A DNA stretch of 32,000 nucleotides from the NCBI RefSeq assembly GCF_000008665.1, contig NC_000917.1:1620001-1652000 (forward strand), read 5' to 3'. The translations under genes were made by a program, and so were the position numbers. Below, in pieces: positions 8,155 to 17,375 of this stretch; position 1 is the stretch's first letter, and each line of letters starts with the position of its first letter. The DNA comes from Archaeoglobus fulgidus DSM 4304. GTDB lineage: Archaea; Halobacteriota; Archaeoglobi; Archaeoglobales; Archaeoglobaceae. The notes under the pieces were generated by a model. The model made no database searches and was not told where the DNA came from. It was given only the letters and a program-made list of their open reading frames with translations.

Positions 8155-9429
8155 ATGGGCTTTACAGGTAGAAGGGGTAAGGCGGAAATCATTGAGGCTT
8201 TTTCAAAGCACGTCTCGCCCTACAAGGCCAAGTTTTTCTCAATGGTGGGCATCGACTTCGTTCCTGCAAGAAGGGAGGGGGTGTGGTACTGGGATCTGGA
8301 TGGGAGAAAGCTTATGGACTGCCACTGCAATGGAGGAGTTTTCAATCTCGGCCACAGACATCCTGAAATCGTAAAAACGCTTGTTGAGGCCTTGGATGAG
8401 CTTGACATTGGCAATCACCACCTCATCAGCGAGCAGAGGGCGAGGTTGGCAGAGAAGCTCGCTGAACTGATGCCCGGAGACATAAGCAGGACTGTTTTTG
8501 GTGTGGGTGGTGGGGAGGCAATTGATTTTGCAATAAAGCTGGCAAGAGGTCATACGGGCAGAAAAAAGATAATTTATGCTAAGGGCGGTTACCACGGCCA
8601 CACTGGTTTTGCCCTCGCTGCCGGGGACGAAAAGTACAGAAAGCCCTTCGAGCCCTTAGCTCCGGGCTTTGTTGAAGTTCCCTTTGGTGATGCTGAAGCT
8701 GTTGAGAAGGCGGTTGATGATGATACCGCAGCTGTGCTTTTCGAAACAATTCCTGCTACCCTTGGCATGCCCCTGCCACCTGAAGATTTCTACAGAAGGG
8801 TCAGGGAGATATGCGACGAGAAGGGCTGCTTGATGATTATGGATGAGGTTCAAACGGGACTGGGAAGGACGGGAAAGATGTGGGGAATTGAGCATTACAA
8901 AGTAGTTCCTGACGTGATTGTTACAGCTAAGGGTCTGTCAGGCGGCGTTTATCCCATCTCGGCCACATGCTTTAAGGAGGGGCTGGATGACTTCATGGCG
9001 GAGAATCCCTTTATCCACGTTTCAACCTTTGGAGGAGCTGAGCTTGGATGCGTTGTTGCAGAGAAAGTGCTCGAAATCACCTCAAGAGAGTCCTTCTTGG
9101 AGAACGTGAGGAAAACTGGCGAAGCTTTGTCTGAGATACTGGGAAAACTGAAGGATGAGTACGACTTTGTAGATGAGATAAGGCAGAAGGGTCTCTTTAT
9201 TGGAATTAAGATGGTCGAAGAAGGCTGGGGACCTCTGCTCTCCATTTCCTGCTACCACAGCGGCATTCTGGCAGTTTACGCCAACAACGACACCTCTGTC
9301 ATGCAGTTCCTTCCTCCGCTGATTGTGGGAGAGAAGGAGGTTGATTACATCAGAGAAAAGCTGGCAGGAGCGATGGAGATAGCCTCTCAAAGGCGGGAGA
9401 TGGTTGAGTTTATCAGAAAAATGCTATGA
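8155..9429 (+). CDS. class-III (PLP-dependent) aminotransferase
   Basis: VWYWDLDGRKLMDCHCNGGVFNLGHRHPEIV, GGGEAIDFAIKLARGHTGRKKIIYAKGGYHGHTG, LMIMDEVQTGLGRTGKMW and active-site VIVTAKGLSGGVYPISA. Confidence 0.93.
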   Translation: MGFTGRRGKAEIIEAFSKHVSPYKAKFFSMVGIDFVPARREGVWYWDLDGRKLMDCHCNGGVFNLGHRHPEIVKTLVEALDELDIGNHHLISEQRARLAEKLAELMPGDISRTVFGVGGGEAIDFAIKLARGHTGRKKIIYAKGGYHGHTGFALAAGDEKYRKPFEPLAPGFVEVPFGDAEAVEKAVDDDTAAVLFETIPATLGMPLPPEDFYRRVREICDEKGCLMIMDEVQTGLGRTGKMWGIEHYKVVPDVIVTAKGLSGGVYPISATCFKEGLDDFMAENPFIHVSTFGGAELGCVVAEKVLEITSRESFLENVRKTGEALSEILGKLKDEYDFVDEIRQKGLFIGIKMVEEGWGPLLSISCYHSGILAVYANNDTSVMQFLPPLIVGEKEVDYIREKLAGAMEIASQRREMVEFIRKML

Positions 9430-10328
9430 AGGTTGATGTTGAGGTTTTGAGGAACTTTGAAGAAAGGTTAAATCCCGCCAAACCAGAAAACATCAAAATA
9501 ATTGGCTACGGTGAAATAAGCACCGTGTTTGAGCTGCCTGAGCTTCCGGGAATTGCATTAAAAAGAATCCCAAACTTCAAATCAGTCGAGCAGGTGAAGA
9601 GGTACATTGAAGTCTATTTTGAGTATATTGAGCTGCTGGAAGGGGCTGGGTTGAGGGTGCCTGATAGTGATGCGACCTTTGTTGAAAGAAGGGATGGAAA
9701 AACAGTCCTCTACATAGCCCAGAAAATGGTCGGGAATGTGGGGAACAAGGTTATTCAGACGGCCAAAGCAGATGAGGCAGAAGAGGTTTTTGGCAGAGTT
9801 CTTGCCGAAATGAAGAAGGTCTGGGATTTTAATGCCGAGAGAAGGGAAGAGGGGCTGGAGATAGGCATTGACGGACAGATATCCAACTGGGCCATAATGG
9901 AGGAGATTTACTACTTTGACACCTCAACACCAATGATTCGGAAAAATGGAATTCATCAGCTTGATACGGAGGTTTTCCTGCAGGCCTGCCCCCCGGGAAT
10001 AAGAATTCTGCTGAAAAAGATTTTTCTGCAGGATATACTGGACAGGTACTTCGATTTCAGGAAAGTTGTGGTGGACATGATAGCCAACCTTTACAAGGAG
10101 GGGAGGGAGGATTTGATTCCCATAGCTATTAACCTCGCCAACGAGTTTTTCAAGCTCAACGGCTACGACTTTGAGGCAATTACAGCCAAAGAAGTGGAGA
10201 AGTACTACAAAGAGGATGCCTTCATCTGGAGCCTCTACCTTAACCTGAGGAAAGTGCACAGATTCATCCTTACAAAGGCTCTCTTCGGCAGATACGAGTA
10301 CATTCTCCCCGGAAAAATCAGGAGATAG
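9426..10328 (+). CDS. uncharacterised protein with weak protein-kinase-like fold signatures (DUF6206-like?)
   Basis: KIIGYGEISTVFELPELPGIALKRIP resembles a kinase P-loop and VAIK lysine. DGQISNWAIM followed by YYFDTSTPMIRKNG resembles a degenerate catalytic loop and DFG segment. Overlaps the aminotransferase stop by 4 bp. Confidence 0.5.
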   Translation: MKVDVEVLRNFEERLNPAKPENIKIIGYGEISTVFELPELPGIALKRIPNFKSVEQVKRYIEVYFEYIELLEGAGLRVPDSDATFVERRDGKTVLYIAQKMVGNVGNKVIQTAKADEAEEVFGRVLAEMKKVWDFNAERREEGLEIGIDGQISNWAIMEEIYYFDTSTPMIRKNGIHQLDTEVFLQACPPGIRILLKKIFLQDILDRYFDFRKVVVDMIANLYKEGREDLIPIAINLANEFFKLNGYDFEAITAKEVEKYYKEDAFIWSLYLNLRKVHRFILTKALFGRYEYILPGKIRR

Positions 10329-10467
10329 CCTTAAAGGCCAGAGATGAAACCATAAAGGGAAACCTGCTTTTTATCTCCGCTATTATACCCAGCACAGTGA
10401 TTTATTTCGGATATCACACGACCGATTTTAATGAAAAATCTTAAATTTCTGACTACAAAGTAACCTT

Positions 10468-10977
10468 ATGACTGACCAGTCAGTCAGGATAATCGAAGCT
10501 GCCCTAAGGCTTTACATGAAAAAGCCGCCGCACGAAGTGAGCATTGAGGAGATAGCGAGAGAGGCAAAGGTGTCGAAGAGCCTCATCTTTTACCACTTCG
10601 AAAGCAAGCAGAAGCTTCTTGAGGAGGCTGTGATGCATGCTTTCAGGAAAATGATGGAGGAGTTCAATCCGAGAAGTGTTGAGGAAGTCGTTGACTACGG
10701 CATTGGCTTCATCGCCGAAAGGAGGGAGTTTATAGAGTTCATGATGTATGCTTTGAGTCAGGTCAGGATAGAGGAGCTTGAAAGAATGTTTGGTGAAGCC
10801 CTTGAGAAAGTAGCCTCACTCTTTGAGGGTTGCCGCCATCCGAGGGAGACGGCGATTGCCTTAATGGCCATGCTCGACGGCCTGTCTATCTACTCCCTCT
10901 ACTTCGACCTTGGAAAGCTGGAGAAATACAGAGAAATTGCGATGGAATTTGTCGAGAGCAGGAGGGTGAGAGCATGA
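10468..10977 (+). CDS. TetR/AcrR family transcriptional regulator
   Basis: IIEAALRLYMKKPPHEVSIEEIAREAKVSKSLIFYHFESKQKLLEEAV is a canonical TetR HTH. Confidence 0.93.
   Translation: MTDQSVRIIEAALRLYMKKPPHEVSIEEIAREAKVSKSLIFYHFESKQKLLEEAVMHAFRKMMEEFNPRSVEEVVDYGIGFIAERREFIEFMMYALSQVRIEELERMFGEALEKVASLFEGCRHPRETAIALMAMLDGLSIYSLYFDLGKLEKYREIAMEFVESRRVRA
10469..10486. promoter_or_regulatory. putative TetR-family operator palindrome overlapping the tetR start codon
   Basis: TGACTGAC-CA-GTCAGTCA: two perfect 8-bp inverted arms with a 2-bp spacer. A TATA-like aatcttaaattt lies about 25 nt upstream of the ATG. Confidence 0.6.
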
Positions 10978-12410
10978 GGTTTGTTTTGGCTTTGCTGGCG
11001 TTTTTAGCTTTAGCAGCTCAGGCGACTGCACAGCCTGTCATAACCCTCAACCACCATACAATACCCGAAAATCCCTCCATCGGATACTTCATAATCTCCA
11101 TAGACATCTCCAATGCTGGAGAAAATGCGAGAGGCTTGAGCCTTTACGTTACAGAGAATGAGGAGGGGTTTTACCTCATAAATCCCGACAGTGGGGAGAA
11201 AACCTCTTCAGTCTATCTGGACCTTGGCGACCTCTCTGCTGGGAGCACTTCAGCTCAGATAAAGGCTTATGCGGAGAAATCAGGTTTGTATGCGTTAAAG
11301 GCAAGCCTGAGCTACAGGAACGAGAGCGGAAGTGAGTTTGGCATTGAGGGCGTTTTTGGTATTGCCGTTTACGACTTGCCCTTCATCTATGCCGGAAGCA
11401 CAATCGAAATTCGGCCGGATGAGAGCAGAGAAGCGGAGGTTATGCTTAGAAACTTGGGAGGAGATGTTGAGAGTGCAGTAATCATCCTCAATTCGGATTT
11501 CATAACTTCAGACACCGCCCTTATTGAATCATGGAGCAGAGGGGAAACGAAGAAAGTTGTTCTGGGACTGAAGGCGGATTCCGATGCTGTAGCGGGAGTT
11601 TATGAGGCTAAAATCATTGTTGATTACAGGAGCGAGTTTGGTGAAAAGGGGGTTGCTGAGGTTCCCGTTTTAGTCAAAATCGTGTCAGAGCCTGAGGTAA
11701 CCCTTGAAGTTTCCACTTTTCCGGAGAAGGTTTACGCTGACTCGGACTTCAGCCTTAAAGTTGCAATTACGGCAAAGAACTCCAAACTTTCAGGACTAAC
11801 GGCATCATTAGAGGCGGAGAGGTTTGATGGAGAGAAGAAGAAGTATGTCGGAACTGTTGAGGCTGGAGAAAAGGCCGTGATTAACTTCTCACTCAAATCA
11901 CCAAGAGAGAGCGGTGAGTATGATGTTAAGCTTGTTTTGAGGACTGAAAGCTTTGCCAAGAACTTCTCCGTACCACTTTACATCTCGGACTACGGCAGAA
12001 TCTCCATTGACCTCGCTGGAGTTTACACCTCTCCACAAAGGGTGGTTGAGGGAGACAGCTTTAAGCTCTCCATTCAGGTGGAGAACAGCGGAGAGCAGGA
12101 TGCCAAGGCCGTTGCGGTTAACCTTATACTTCCAGAAGGGCTTGAGGGAAGGAGGAGCTACTTCATCGGCTCTCTCAGCAGCGGTGATTCTGCAACCGCA
12201 ACCTTCGAAATGAGGGCTTTGAAGGCAGGAAGCCAGAAGATTGTTGCAGAAATAACCTACATGGACAAAACCTTTGAAAAGCATAAAGCTGAGAGGGAAT
12301 TTGAGGTCTACGTTTTCTCCGCCGACCGCTCTGGAGTGATTGCCGGACTTTTGGCTCTCATTGGAGTTGTAGCTGCAATCGCATGGCTCAGAATGAGGAG
12401 GAAGGCCTGA
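10974..12410 (+). CDS. secreted/membrane-anchored CARDB/COG1361-like S-layer-type domain protein
   Basis: Signal peptide MRFVLALLAFLALAAQATAQP, repeated beta-rich segments (GDEPVELSVEVENSGEQDAKAVAVNLILPEG type) and a C-terminal TM segment SGVIAGLLALIGVVAAIAWLRMRRK. ATG at 10974; the track start at 10830 lies inside tetR. Confidence 0.8.
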   Translation: MRFVLALLAFLALAAQATAQPVITLNHHTIPENPSIGYFIISIDISNAGENARGLSLYVTENEEGFYLINPDSGEKTSSVYLDLGDLSAGSTSAQIKAYAEKSGLYALKASLSYRNESGSEFGIEGVFGIAVYDLPFIYAGSTIEIRPDESREAEVMLRNLGGDVESAVIILNSDFITSDTALIESWSRGETKKVVLGLKADSDAVAGVYEAKIIVDYRSEFGEKGVAEVPVLVKIVSEPEVTLEVSTFPEKVYADSDFSLKVAITAKNSKLSGLTASLEAERFDGEKKKYVGTVEAGEKAVINFSLKSPRESGEYDVKLVLRTESFAKNFSVPLYISDYGRISIDLAGVYTSPQRVVEGDSFKLSIQVENSGEQDAKAVAVNLILPEGLEGRRSYFIGSLSSGDSATATFEMRALKAGSQKIVAEITYMDKTFEKHKAEREFEVYVFSADRSGVIAGLLALIGVVAAIAWLRMRRKA

Positions 12411-13106
12411 ATGCTGAGGCTTGAGGATGTCTGGAAAGTTTACCAGATGGGAAAGGTCGAGGTTAGCGCTCTCAGGGGGATAAATCTTGAAATAGAGCGG
12501 GGAGAGTTCATGGTCGTTCTGGGCCCCTCAGGCTGCGGTAAGACGACGATGCTGAACATAATTGGGGGAATTGACAGGCCAACAAGGGGAAGGGTGATTT
12601 TTGATGGTAAGGATATCACGAATTACAATGAAGACAGGCTCACCATGCACAGGAGAAATAACGTTGGCTTCATTTTTCAGTTCTTCAACCTCATTCCAAC
12701 ATTAACTGCAAGGGAAAACGTGGAGATTGCAGCAGATTTGGTTGAGAGCCCGAGGGATGTGGATGAGGTGCTGAAGATGGTCGGACTTGCTGACAGGGCG
12801 GAGCACTTCCCGGCAGAGCTGAGCGGTGGAGAGCAGCAGAGAGTTGCCATAGCAAGGGCTCTGGTTAAGAACCCGCCAATAATTCTCGCTGACGAGCCAA
12901 CTGGCAGTCTGGACTTCGAAACTGGAAAGGCTGTGCTGAAGGTCATGAGAGAGATAAACAGGAAGGAGGGAATAACCTTTGTTCTCGTCACACACAACTC
13001 CGCCATTGCAGCCATTGCCGACAGGGTGGTTTATCTGAGGGATGGAAAGGTTGAGAGGGTTGAGAGGAATCTCCATCCGGCTGACCCCGATGAAATCCAG
13101 TGGTAG
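12411..13106 (+). CDS. ABC transporter ATP-binding protein (LolD/MacB-type)
   Basis: Walker [17 protein letters not shown], signature [16 protein letters not shown], Walker [13 protein letters not shown], [20 protein letters not shown]. Confidence 0.96.
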   Translation: MLRLEDVWKVYQMGKVEVSALRGINLEIERGEFMVVLGPSGCGKTTMLNIIGGIDRPTRGRVIFDGKDITNYNEDRLTMHRRNNVGFIFQFFNLIPTLTARENVEIAADLVESPRDVDEVLKMVGLADRAEHFPAELSGGEQQRVAIARALVKNPPIILADEPTGSLDFETGKAVLKVMREINRKEGITFVLVTHNSAIAAIADRVVYLRDGKVERVERNLHPADPDEIQW

Positions 13107-15417
13107 CATTTTGAGGAAAAAGCTCCTCAGGGACATTAAGGAGCAGAAGGGGCTTTTTGCAGCCACCACCTTCATCCTCTTTCTCGGCGTTACAATTTTC
13201 TGCGCCTTCTACCTTTCTTACCTGAACCTCAACGACACCTACGAGAGCTTTTACGAGAGCAGCAATTTCGAGGACATCTCAGTTAAGGCGGTTGAGATAA
13301 CGGAGGAGGAAATTGAGAGGGTGAAAAAACTGGATGGTGTTTTGGAGGTTCAGCCGAGGATTTCGGTTTCGGGAAAGGTTAAAGTTGATGGCAAAGAAGT
13401 CGCAGCCCTTGTAATCTCCCTTCCAGAAAAAGAAACAATCAACCGTCTTTACGTTGCTGAGGGGGAGAGGGGATTTGCGGTTATAAAGAAATTCGCAGAC
13501 TACTACGGCATAGAGGTTAACACTCCCTTGGAGGTGAGCTTTGCAGGTTTTGAATACAAAAAGCCCCTGGAAGCTCTTGTTTACTCACCTGAGTTTATCC
13601 TGATTTATGAAGAGGGGGAGGAGACCTTCACTCCCTCTCCCGGCTCATACGCAATCGTTTACATTCCGGAAAAGGACATGCTAAAAGCAGGGTTGAAGTT
13701 CAACGAGCTCAAGATAAGGGTGGCTGAAAAGGAGAGGAATGAGGAAATTCTCAGGAAAGTTTTAACAATTCTCGGCGACAAGGTTGAGGAGTTTCACACG
13801 GGTGAAAATCAGGTGAGCAGAAAGCTCCTCAAGGAAGACCTTGAGGGGTTCAGGGGACTGGCAGTGCTCTTTCCAGCATTTTTCATCCTTGTCTCAATTT
13901 TCATGACCTACGCTTTGCTTTCGAGAATTTTCAGGCTTCAGCTCGGCAACATTGCTGTGATGAGGGCTCTCGGATTCACAAGAAACGAGATAATGCTGCA
14001 CTACCTGCAATACCCTCTCCTCATGGGCTTCTTTGCCTCCACCGCTGGACTGGTGGCGGGCTTCTTTGCCTCGCAGCTATTAACTTCCCAATACATCACC
14101 TTCCTCAACCTCCCCTACTACGTCTCAAAGCCCCACTTGGAGGTTTACTCCCTCTCCCTGATGGCAGGCACTCTCACCCCCACAATTTCCGGCTTTCTGG
14201 TTGCATATCAGGCTTCGAGGGTTGACATTGTAAAGGCGTTGAGGGGCTACGCTGAGGTTGCAGCAGTTAGCTTCATTGCAAGGATTGACGCCCTCTTCTC
14301 CAGAATCTGGAGGATGCGCCTGATTTTCAGATTGGCTTTGAGAAACATCTTCAGAAGCAAGAGGAGAACTGCGATATCAATCTTCAGCATCGTTGCCTGC
14401 ACCTCACTCATTCTGAACTCCATGGTCTTCGTTGACTCCTTTGACTACGTCATGCAGCTGCAGTTCGGAAAGGTTTACGCCTACGACATCAAGGTGAGCC
14501 TTGAGGGCTATGATGGGAAAGAAGTTTTAGAAAAGGTAAGGAAGATGGACGGTGTGCTTTTTGCAGAGCCTGCCGTTGAGATGCCCATTTACGTTGAAAA
14601 GGGTGGTGAGGCAGTCCCAACCCTGCTCATAGCATCGAACTTTCAGACTCTCTACAACGTTTACAATGCTGAGGGGGAGAAGCTAATCCCGTCCGAAGGC
14701 ATAATTTTCTCAAAAACAGCCATGAAGAACCTCTCGCTGGTGGAGGGTGAGAAAGTTTCCGTTTACACCGAATTTGGAAAACTTGAGGCTGAAGTGGAGG
14801 ACGTGGAGATGATTCCTCTGCTTTCTGTCGCAACGGCAAGCTTGGATTACTTCAGCAGGATTTCAGGAGTTGATGGGTTCAACAGGATTGTGGTTGATGC
14901 AGACGAGGGAAGAATTGCGGAAATTGCTGAGAAAATCAGGCAGATGGATGGTGTGAAGAAGGTGAGCACAGTGATAGAGGCACAGGAATCCATTGAGGAG
15001 CTCATGGGATTTTTCTACGCTTTCATAGCCTTCTCCCTCTTCTTTGGCGTATCACTCGGCTTTGCTGCCGTTTTCAACACTACCAGCATCAGCGTGATTG
15101 AGAGGAGCAGGGAGCTTGCAACGCTCAGGATGCTGGGCTACACTTCCAGAGAAATCATAATTTCGCTCATTTTAGAAAACCTGTTTGTTGCAATCCTCGG
15201 GCTTGTTTTTGCCTTACCAATTGCTTATTCAACAGCCTACTTCTTCTTCTCCTCCTTTGAAAGCGAGCTTTACTACATGCCGATGGTCATCTATCCAAGA
15301 ACCTTCGCCGCCACAGTTTTGGCAGTATTTGCAATAATCCTCCTCGCTCTGCTGCCCTCAGCCAGAAGAGTTTCGGAGATGGATATAGCGAAGGTGACAA
15401 AGGAGATAGTGAGCTGA
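13090..15417 (+). CDS. ABC transporter permease, FtsX/MacB-like, with two FtsX domains
   Basis: Downstream of and overlapping the ATPase; multiple TM blocks; FtsX-type motifs LGNIAVMRALGFTRNEIMLHYLQYPL and RSRELATLRMLGYTSREIIISLILENL. Confidence 0.9.
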   Translation: MKSSGSILRKKLLRDIKEQKGLFAATTFILFLGVTIFCAFYLSYLNLNDTYESFYESSNFEDISVKAVEITEEEIERVKKLDGVLEVQPRISVSGKVKVDGKEVAALVISLPEKETINRLYVAEGERGFAVIKKFADYYGIEVNTPLEVSFAGFEYKKPLEALVYSPEFILIYEEGEETFTPSPGSYAIVYIPEKDMLKAGLKFNELKIRVAEKERNEEILRKVLTILGDKVEEFHTGENQVSRKLLKEDLEGFRGLAVLFPAFFILVSIFMTYALLSRIFRLQLGNIAVMRALGFTRNEIMLHYLQYPLLMGFFASTAGLVAGFFASQLLTSQYITFLNLPYYVSKPHLEVYSLSLMAGTLTPTISGFLVAYQASRVDIVKALRGYAEVAAVSFIARIDALFSRIWRMRLIFRLALRNIFRSKRRTAISIFSIVACTSLILNSMVFVDSFDYVMQLQFGKVYAYDIKVSLEGYDGKEVLEKVRKMDGVLFAEPAVEMPIYVEKGGEAVPTLLIASNFQTLYNVYNAEGEKLIPSEGIIFSKTAMKNLSLVEGEKVSVYTEFGKLEAEVEDVEMIPLLSVATASLDYFSRISGVDGFNRIVVDADEGRIAEIAEKIRQMDGVKKVSTVIEAQESIEELMGFFYAFIAFSLFFGVSLGFAAVFNTTSISVIERSRELATLRMLGYTSREIIISLILENLFVAILGLVFALPIAYSTAYFFFSSFESELYYMPMVIYPRTFAATVLAVFAIILLALLPSARRVSEMDIAKVTKEIVS

Positions 15418-15418
15418 T

Positions 15419-15679
15419 TCAGAACCTGAAGCCGCTTGCCCTCAACCTCTCATATTCTTTTCTTAACTTTTCAAGCGTGCTCTCCTCAACGTAGGGAATC
15501 ACAGCCCCACATTTGATGCAGAGCCATGGATAGGCATCTATTCCTCTCCCCAGCTTTGCCAGTCCCTTTTCCCATGGAGCCCTCCAGAAGTATCTTGAAT
15601 AGCCTGCCTGATTGGTCCTGCTCCTCACCATCTCTCCACCGCAGAGCGGGCACTTCCTTTCCATGCCATGTTTTCTCAA
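15419..15679 (-). CDS. small zinc-ribbon-like protein
   Basis: MERKCPLCGGEMVRSRTNQ...AYPWLCIKCGAVIPYVE: two CxxC pairs. Confidence 0.7.
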   Translation of the reverse strand: MRKHGMERKCPLCGGEMVRSRTNQAGYSRYFWRAPWEKGLAKLGRGIDAYPWLCIKCGAVIPYVEESTLEKLRKEYERLRASGFRF

Positions 15680-15713
15680 GTAGCATTTATTAAATTTTCA
15701 GTCAACTACACAC

Positions 15714-16520
15714 ATGGATTTGCTTGAGCTCATCGATGATGCTGCGGCGATGATGCCAAAGGAGAGAATGGTTGTTGTGGAGGAGGATGTCATAACCGTA
15801 GTGGGAGACGTTCATGCTGACATAGAGGCTTTGAGAAAGATTGAAAGGGAGATTGAAGGTCTTGCGATATTTCTTGGGGATTATGCGGACAGGGGAGATT
15901 ATCCTGTCGAGTGCTACGAGAAGGTTCTCAGGCTTTTTCTTGAGGGCAAAGCTCTGCTTCTGCGGGGAAACCACGAAAGCACGGGAGTTTATCCCCACCA
16001 GCTTCCCTACCAGCTGAGGGAAAAATTCGGGGAGCGGGGTGAGGAGGTTTACGAGAGCCTGATCAGAATGTGGAACAAAATGCCCCTCTCTGCAATTGTT
16101 GAGGGCGAAATCTGGATGGCCCACGGTGGTGTGCCAACCAAGCAGTGCAGGATTCACGCTGAGGGAATATCAAGAAAGGAAATCGAGCGGCCTGACGACA
16201 TCACGGCTTTAGAAATCATGTGGAACGACCCGTGGGAGAGGGAGGAGTGCGGGGAGAACTACAACAGGGGGGTGATGTACTTTTTCGGTAAGAAGAATTC
16301 CGAAATGCTTTTGAAGGAACTTGGGGTTAAGGTTATAATCAGGGCTCACGAACCCCAGAAAGTTCTGAAGGCTGAGCAGGATGGTAGGGTTGTAACAATC
16401 GGCTCCTGCGCTTTGCCGTATTCCATTTCCGAGTTCGCACTCCTGAAGATCGACTTTTCTCGCGGCTTTAAAAACGGGGTTGATTTGATTAGAAAATTTG
16501 GTTCCATTTATAATGTATAA
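15714..16520 (+). CDS. PPP-family serine/threonine protein phosphatase
   Basis: GDVHADIEAL, FLGDYADRGDYPVE, LLRGNHEST, WMAHGGVP and IIRAHEPQ match the PPP metallophosphatase signature set. Confidence 0.93.
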   Translation: MDLLELIDDAAAMMPKERMVVVEEDVITVVGDVHADIEALRKIEREIEGLAIFLGDYADRGDYPVECYEKVLRLFLEGKALLLRGNHESTGVYPHQLPYQLREKFGERGEEVYESLIRMWNKMPLSAIVEGEIWMAHGGVPTKQCRIHAEGISRKEIERPDDITALEIMWNDPWEREECGENYNRGVMYFFGKKNSEMLLKELGVKVIIRAHEPQKVLKAEQDGRVVTIGSCALPYSISEFALLKIDFSRGFKNGVDLIRKFGSIYNV

Positions 16521-16556
16521 TTTTTTCATGTAATAAAGCTGAAATACTATCGATTT

Positions 16557-16568
16557 AGTAAAATTTAT
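16557..16568 (+). promoter_or_regulatory. putative TATA box for the fqo operon
   Basis: gtaaaatttatta about 26-30 nt upstream of the fqoJ ATG at 16594. Confidence 0.4.
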
Positions 16569-16593
16569 TAGTGTGTGGCTGTGACTTCGGGAC

Positions 16594-17058
16594 ATGAACA
16601 TCGACACACTGATAATAGCTGTCGCCGGTCTTTTTGCCGTTGCGTCGTCCATCGGTGTTCTGCTGACGAAGGATAACTTTTACGCTGCGCTTTACATGTC
16701 GGTGACGATGCTCTTCGTTGCAGCGATTTACGCGGCGTTCAACATCCAACCAGTGGTCGTTATAATAGCTTTGATATTCGTTGGAGCCGTTGGCATCGTA
16801 ACAGTGGCCATTGCAGCCACCTACAGGGCGGGAGTTTCGAGGAAGGTCAACATCTTCTGGGTTGTGCCGGTTATAGTCGTGTTTGCGATTCTCGCCTTAG
16901 CCTACGCGAGTATGGCTGTGGAGAGCATTGAGGTCGTGAATCCGGAGGTGTTCTCGGCGGTTGCAACCGACTACTTCTTCGTTGTCGCTTTCCTCTTCAC
17001 TCTGGTCGTTTTGATGATGCTTTCGGCAATAAAACTCGCACGGAGGGTTGACCTGTGA
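16594..17058 (+). CDS. fqoJ: F420H2:quinone oxidoreductase subunit J (NuoJ-like)
   Basis: 154 aa multi-TM protein with NuoJ-like AALYMSVTMLFVAAIYAAFN and VGAVGIVTVAIAATY, heading a complete complex-I-like operon. Confidence 0.85.
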   Translation: MNIDTLIIAVAGLFAVASSIGVLLTKDNFYAALYMSVTMLFVAAIYAAFNIQPVVVIIALIFVGAVGIVTVAIAATYRAGVSRKVNIFWVVPVIVVFAILALAYASMAVESIEVVNPEVFSAVATDYFFVVAFLFTLVVLMMLSAIKLARRVDL

Positions 17059-17375
17059 TGGTGCCTGATGTGTCCAATTTCGCGGTAATTTTGACAACCT
17101 CGGGAGCGATTCTGCTGATTGCCTACCTCACAGCAATTTCTGCCAGGGATGTGATTCGCCTTCTGATCAGCCTTGAGCTGATGTTCGCTGCTGTGTTCCT
17201 CGCCATAGTTCCTCTGTTCTCAATTAACCCTCCAATGGCTTACGCAGTAGCGATAATAACGGCTTTTACGAGCAGCACAGAGCTCATGGTTCTTGTGACG
17301 GCGATAATACTGCTTGACAGGAGGAAGAGAGGTATCGATGTAGATAAGGTGGCTGTAGGAGGGGATAGCTTATGA
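17055..17375 (+). CDS. fqoK: F420H2:quinone oxidoreductase subunit K (NuoK-like)
   Basis: 106 aa; RDVIRLLISLELMFAAVFLAIV and STELMVLVTAIILLDRRKRG are NuoK-like. Confidence 0.88.
   Translation: MMVPDVSNFAVILTTSGAILLIAYLTAISARDVIRLLISLELMFAAVFLAIVPLFSINPPMAYAVAIITAFTSSTELMVLVTAIILLDRRKRGIDVDKVAVGGDSL

Noticed and set aside
15702-16157. Minus-strand 151-aa ORF over the PPP phosphatase gene
   Set aside because: Antisense shadow of a well-supported metallophosphatase; the translation has no recognisable domain.
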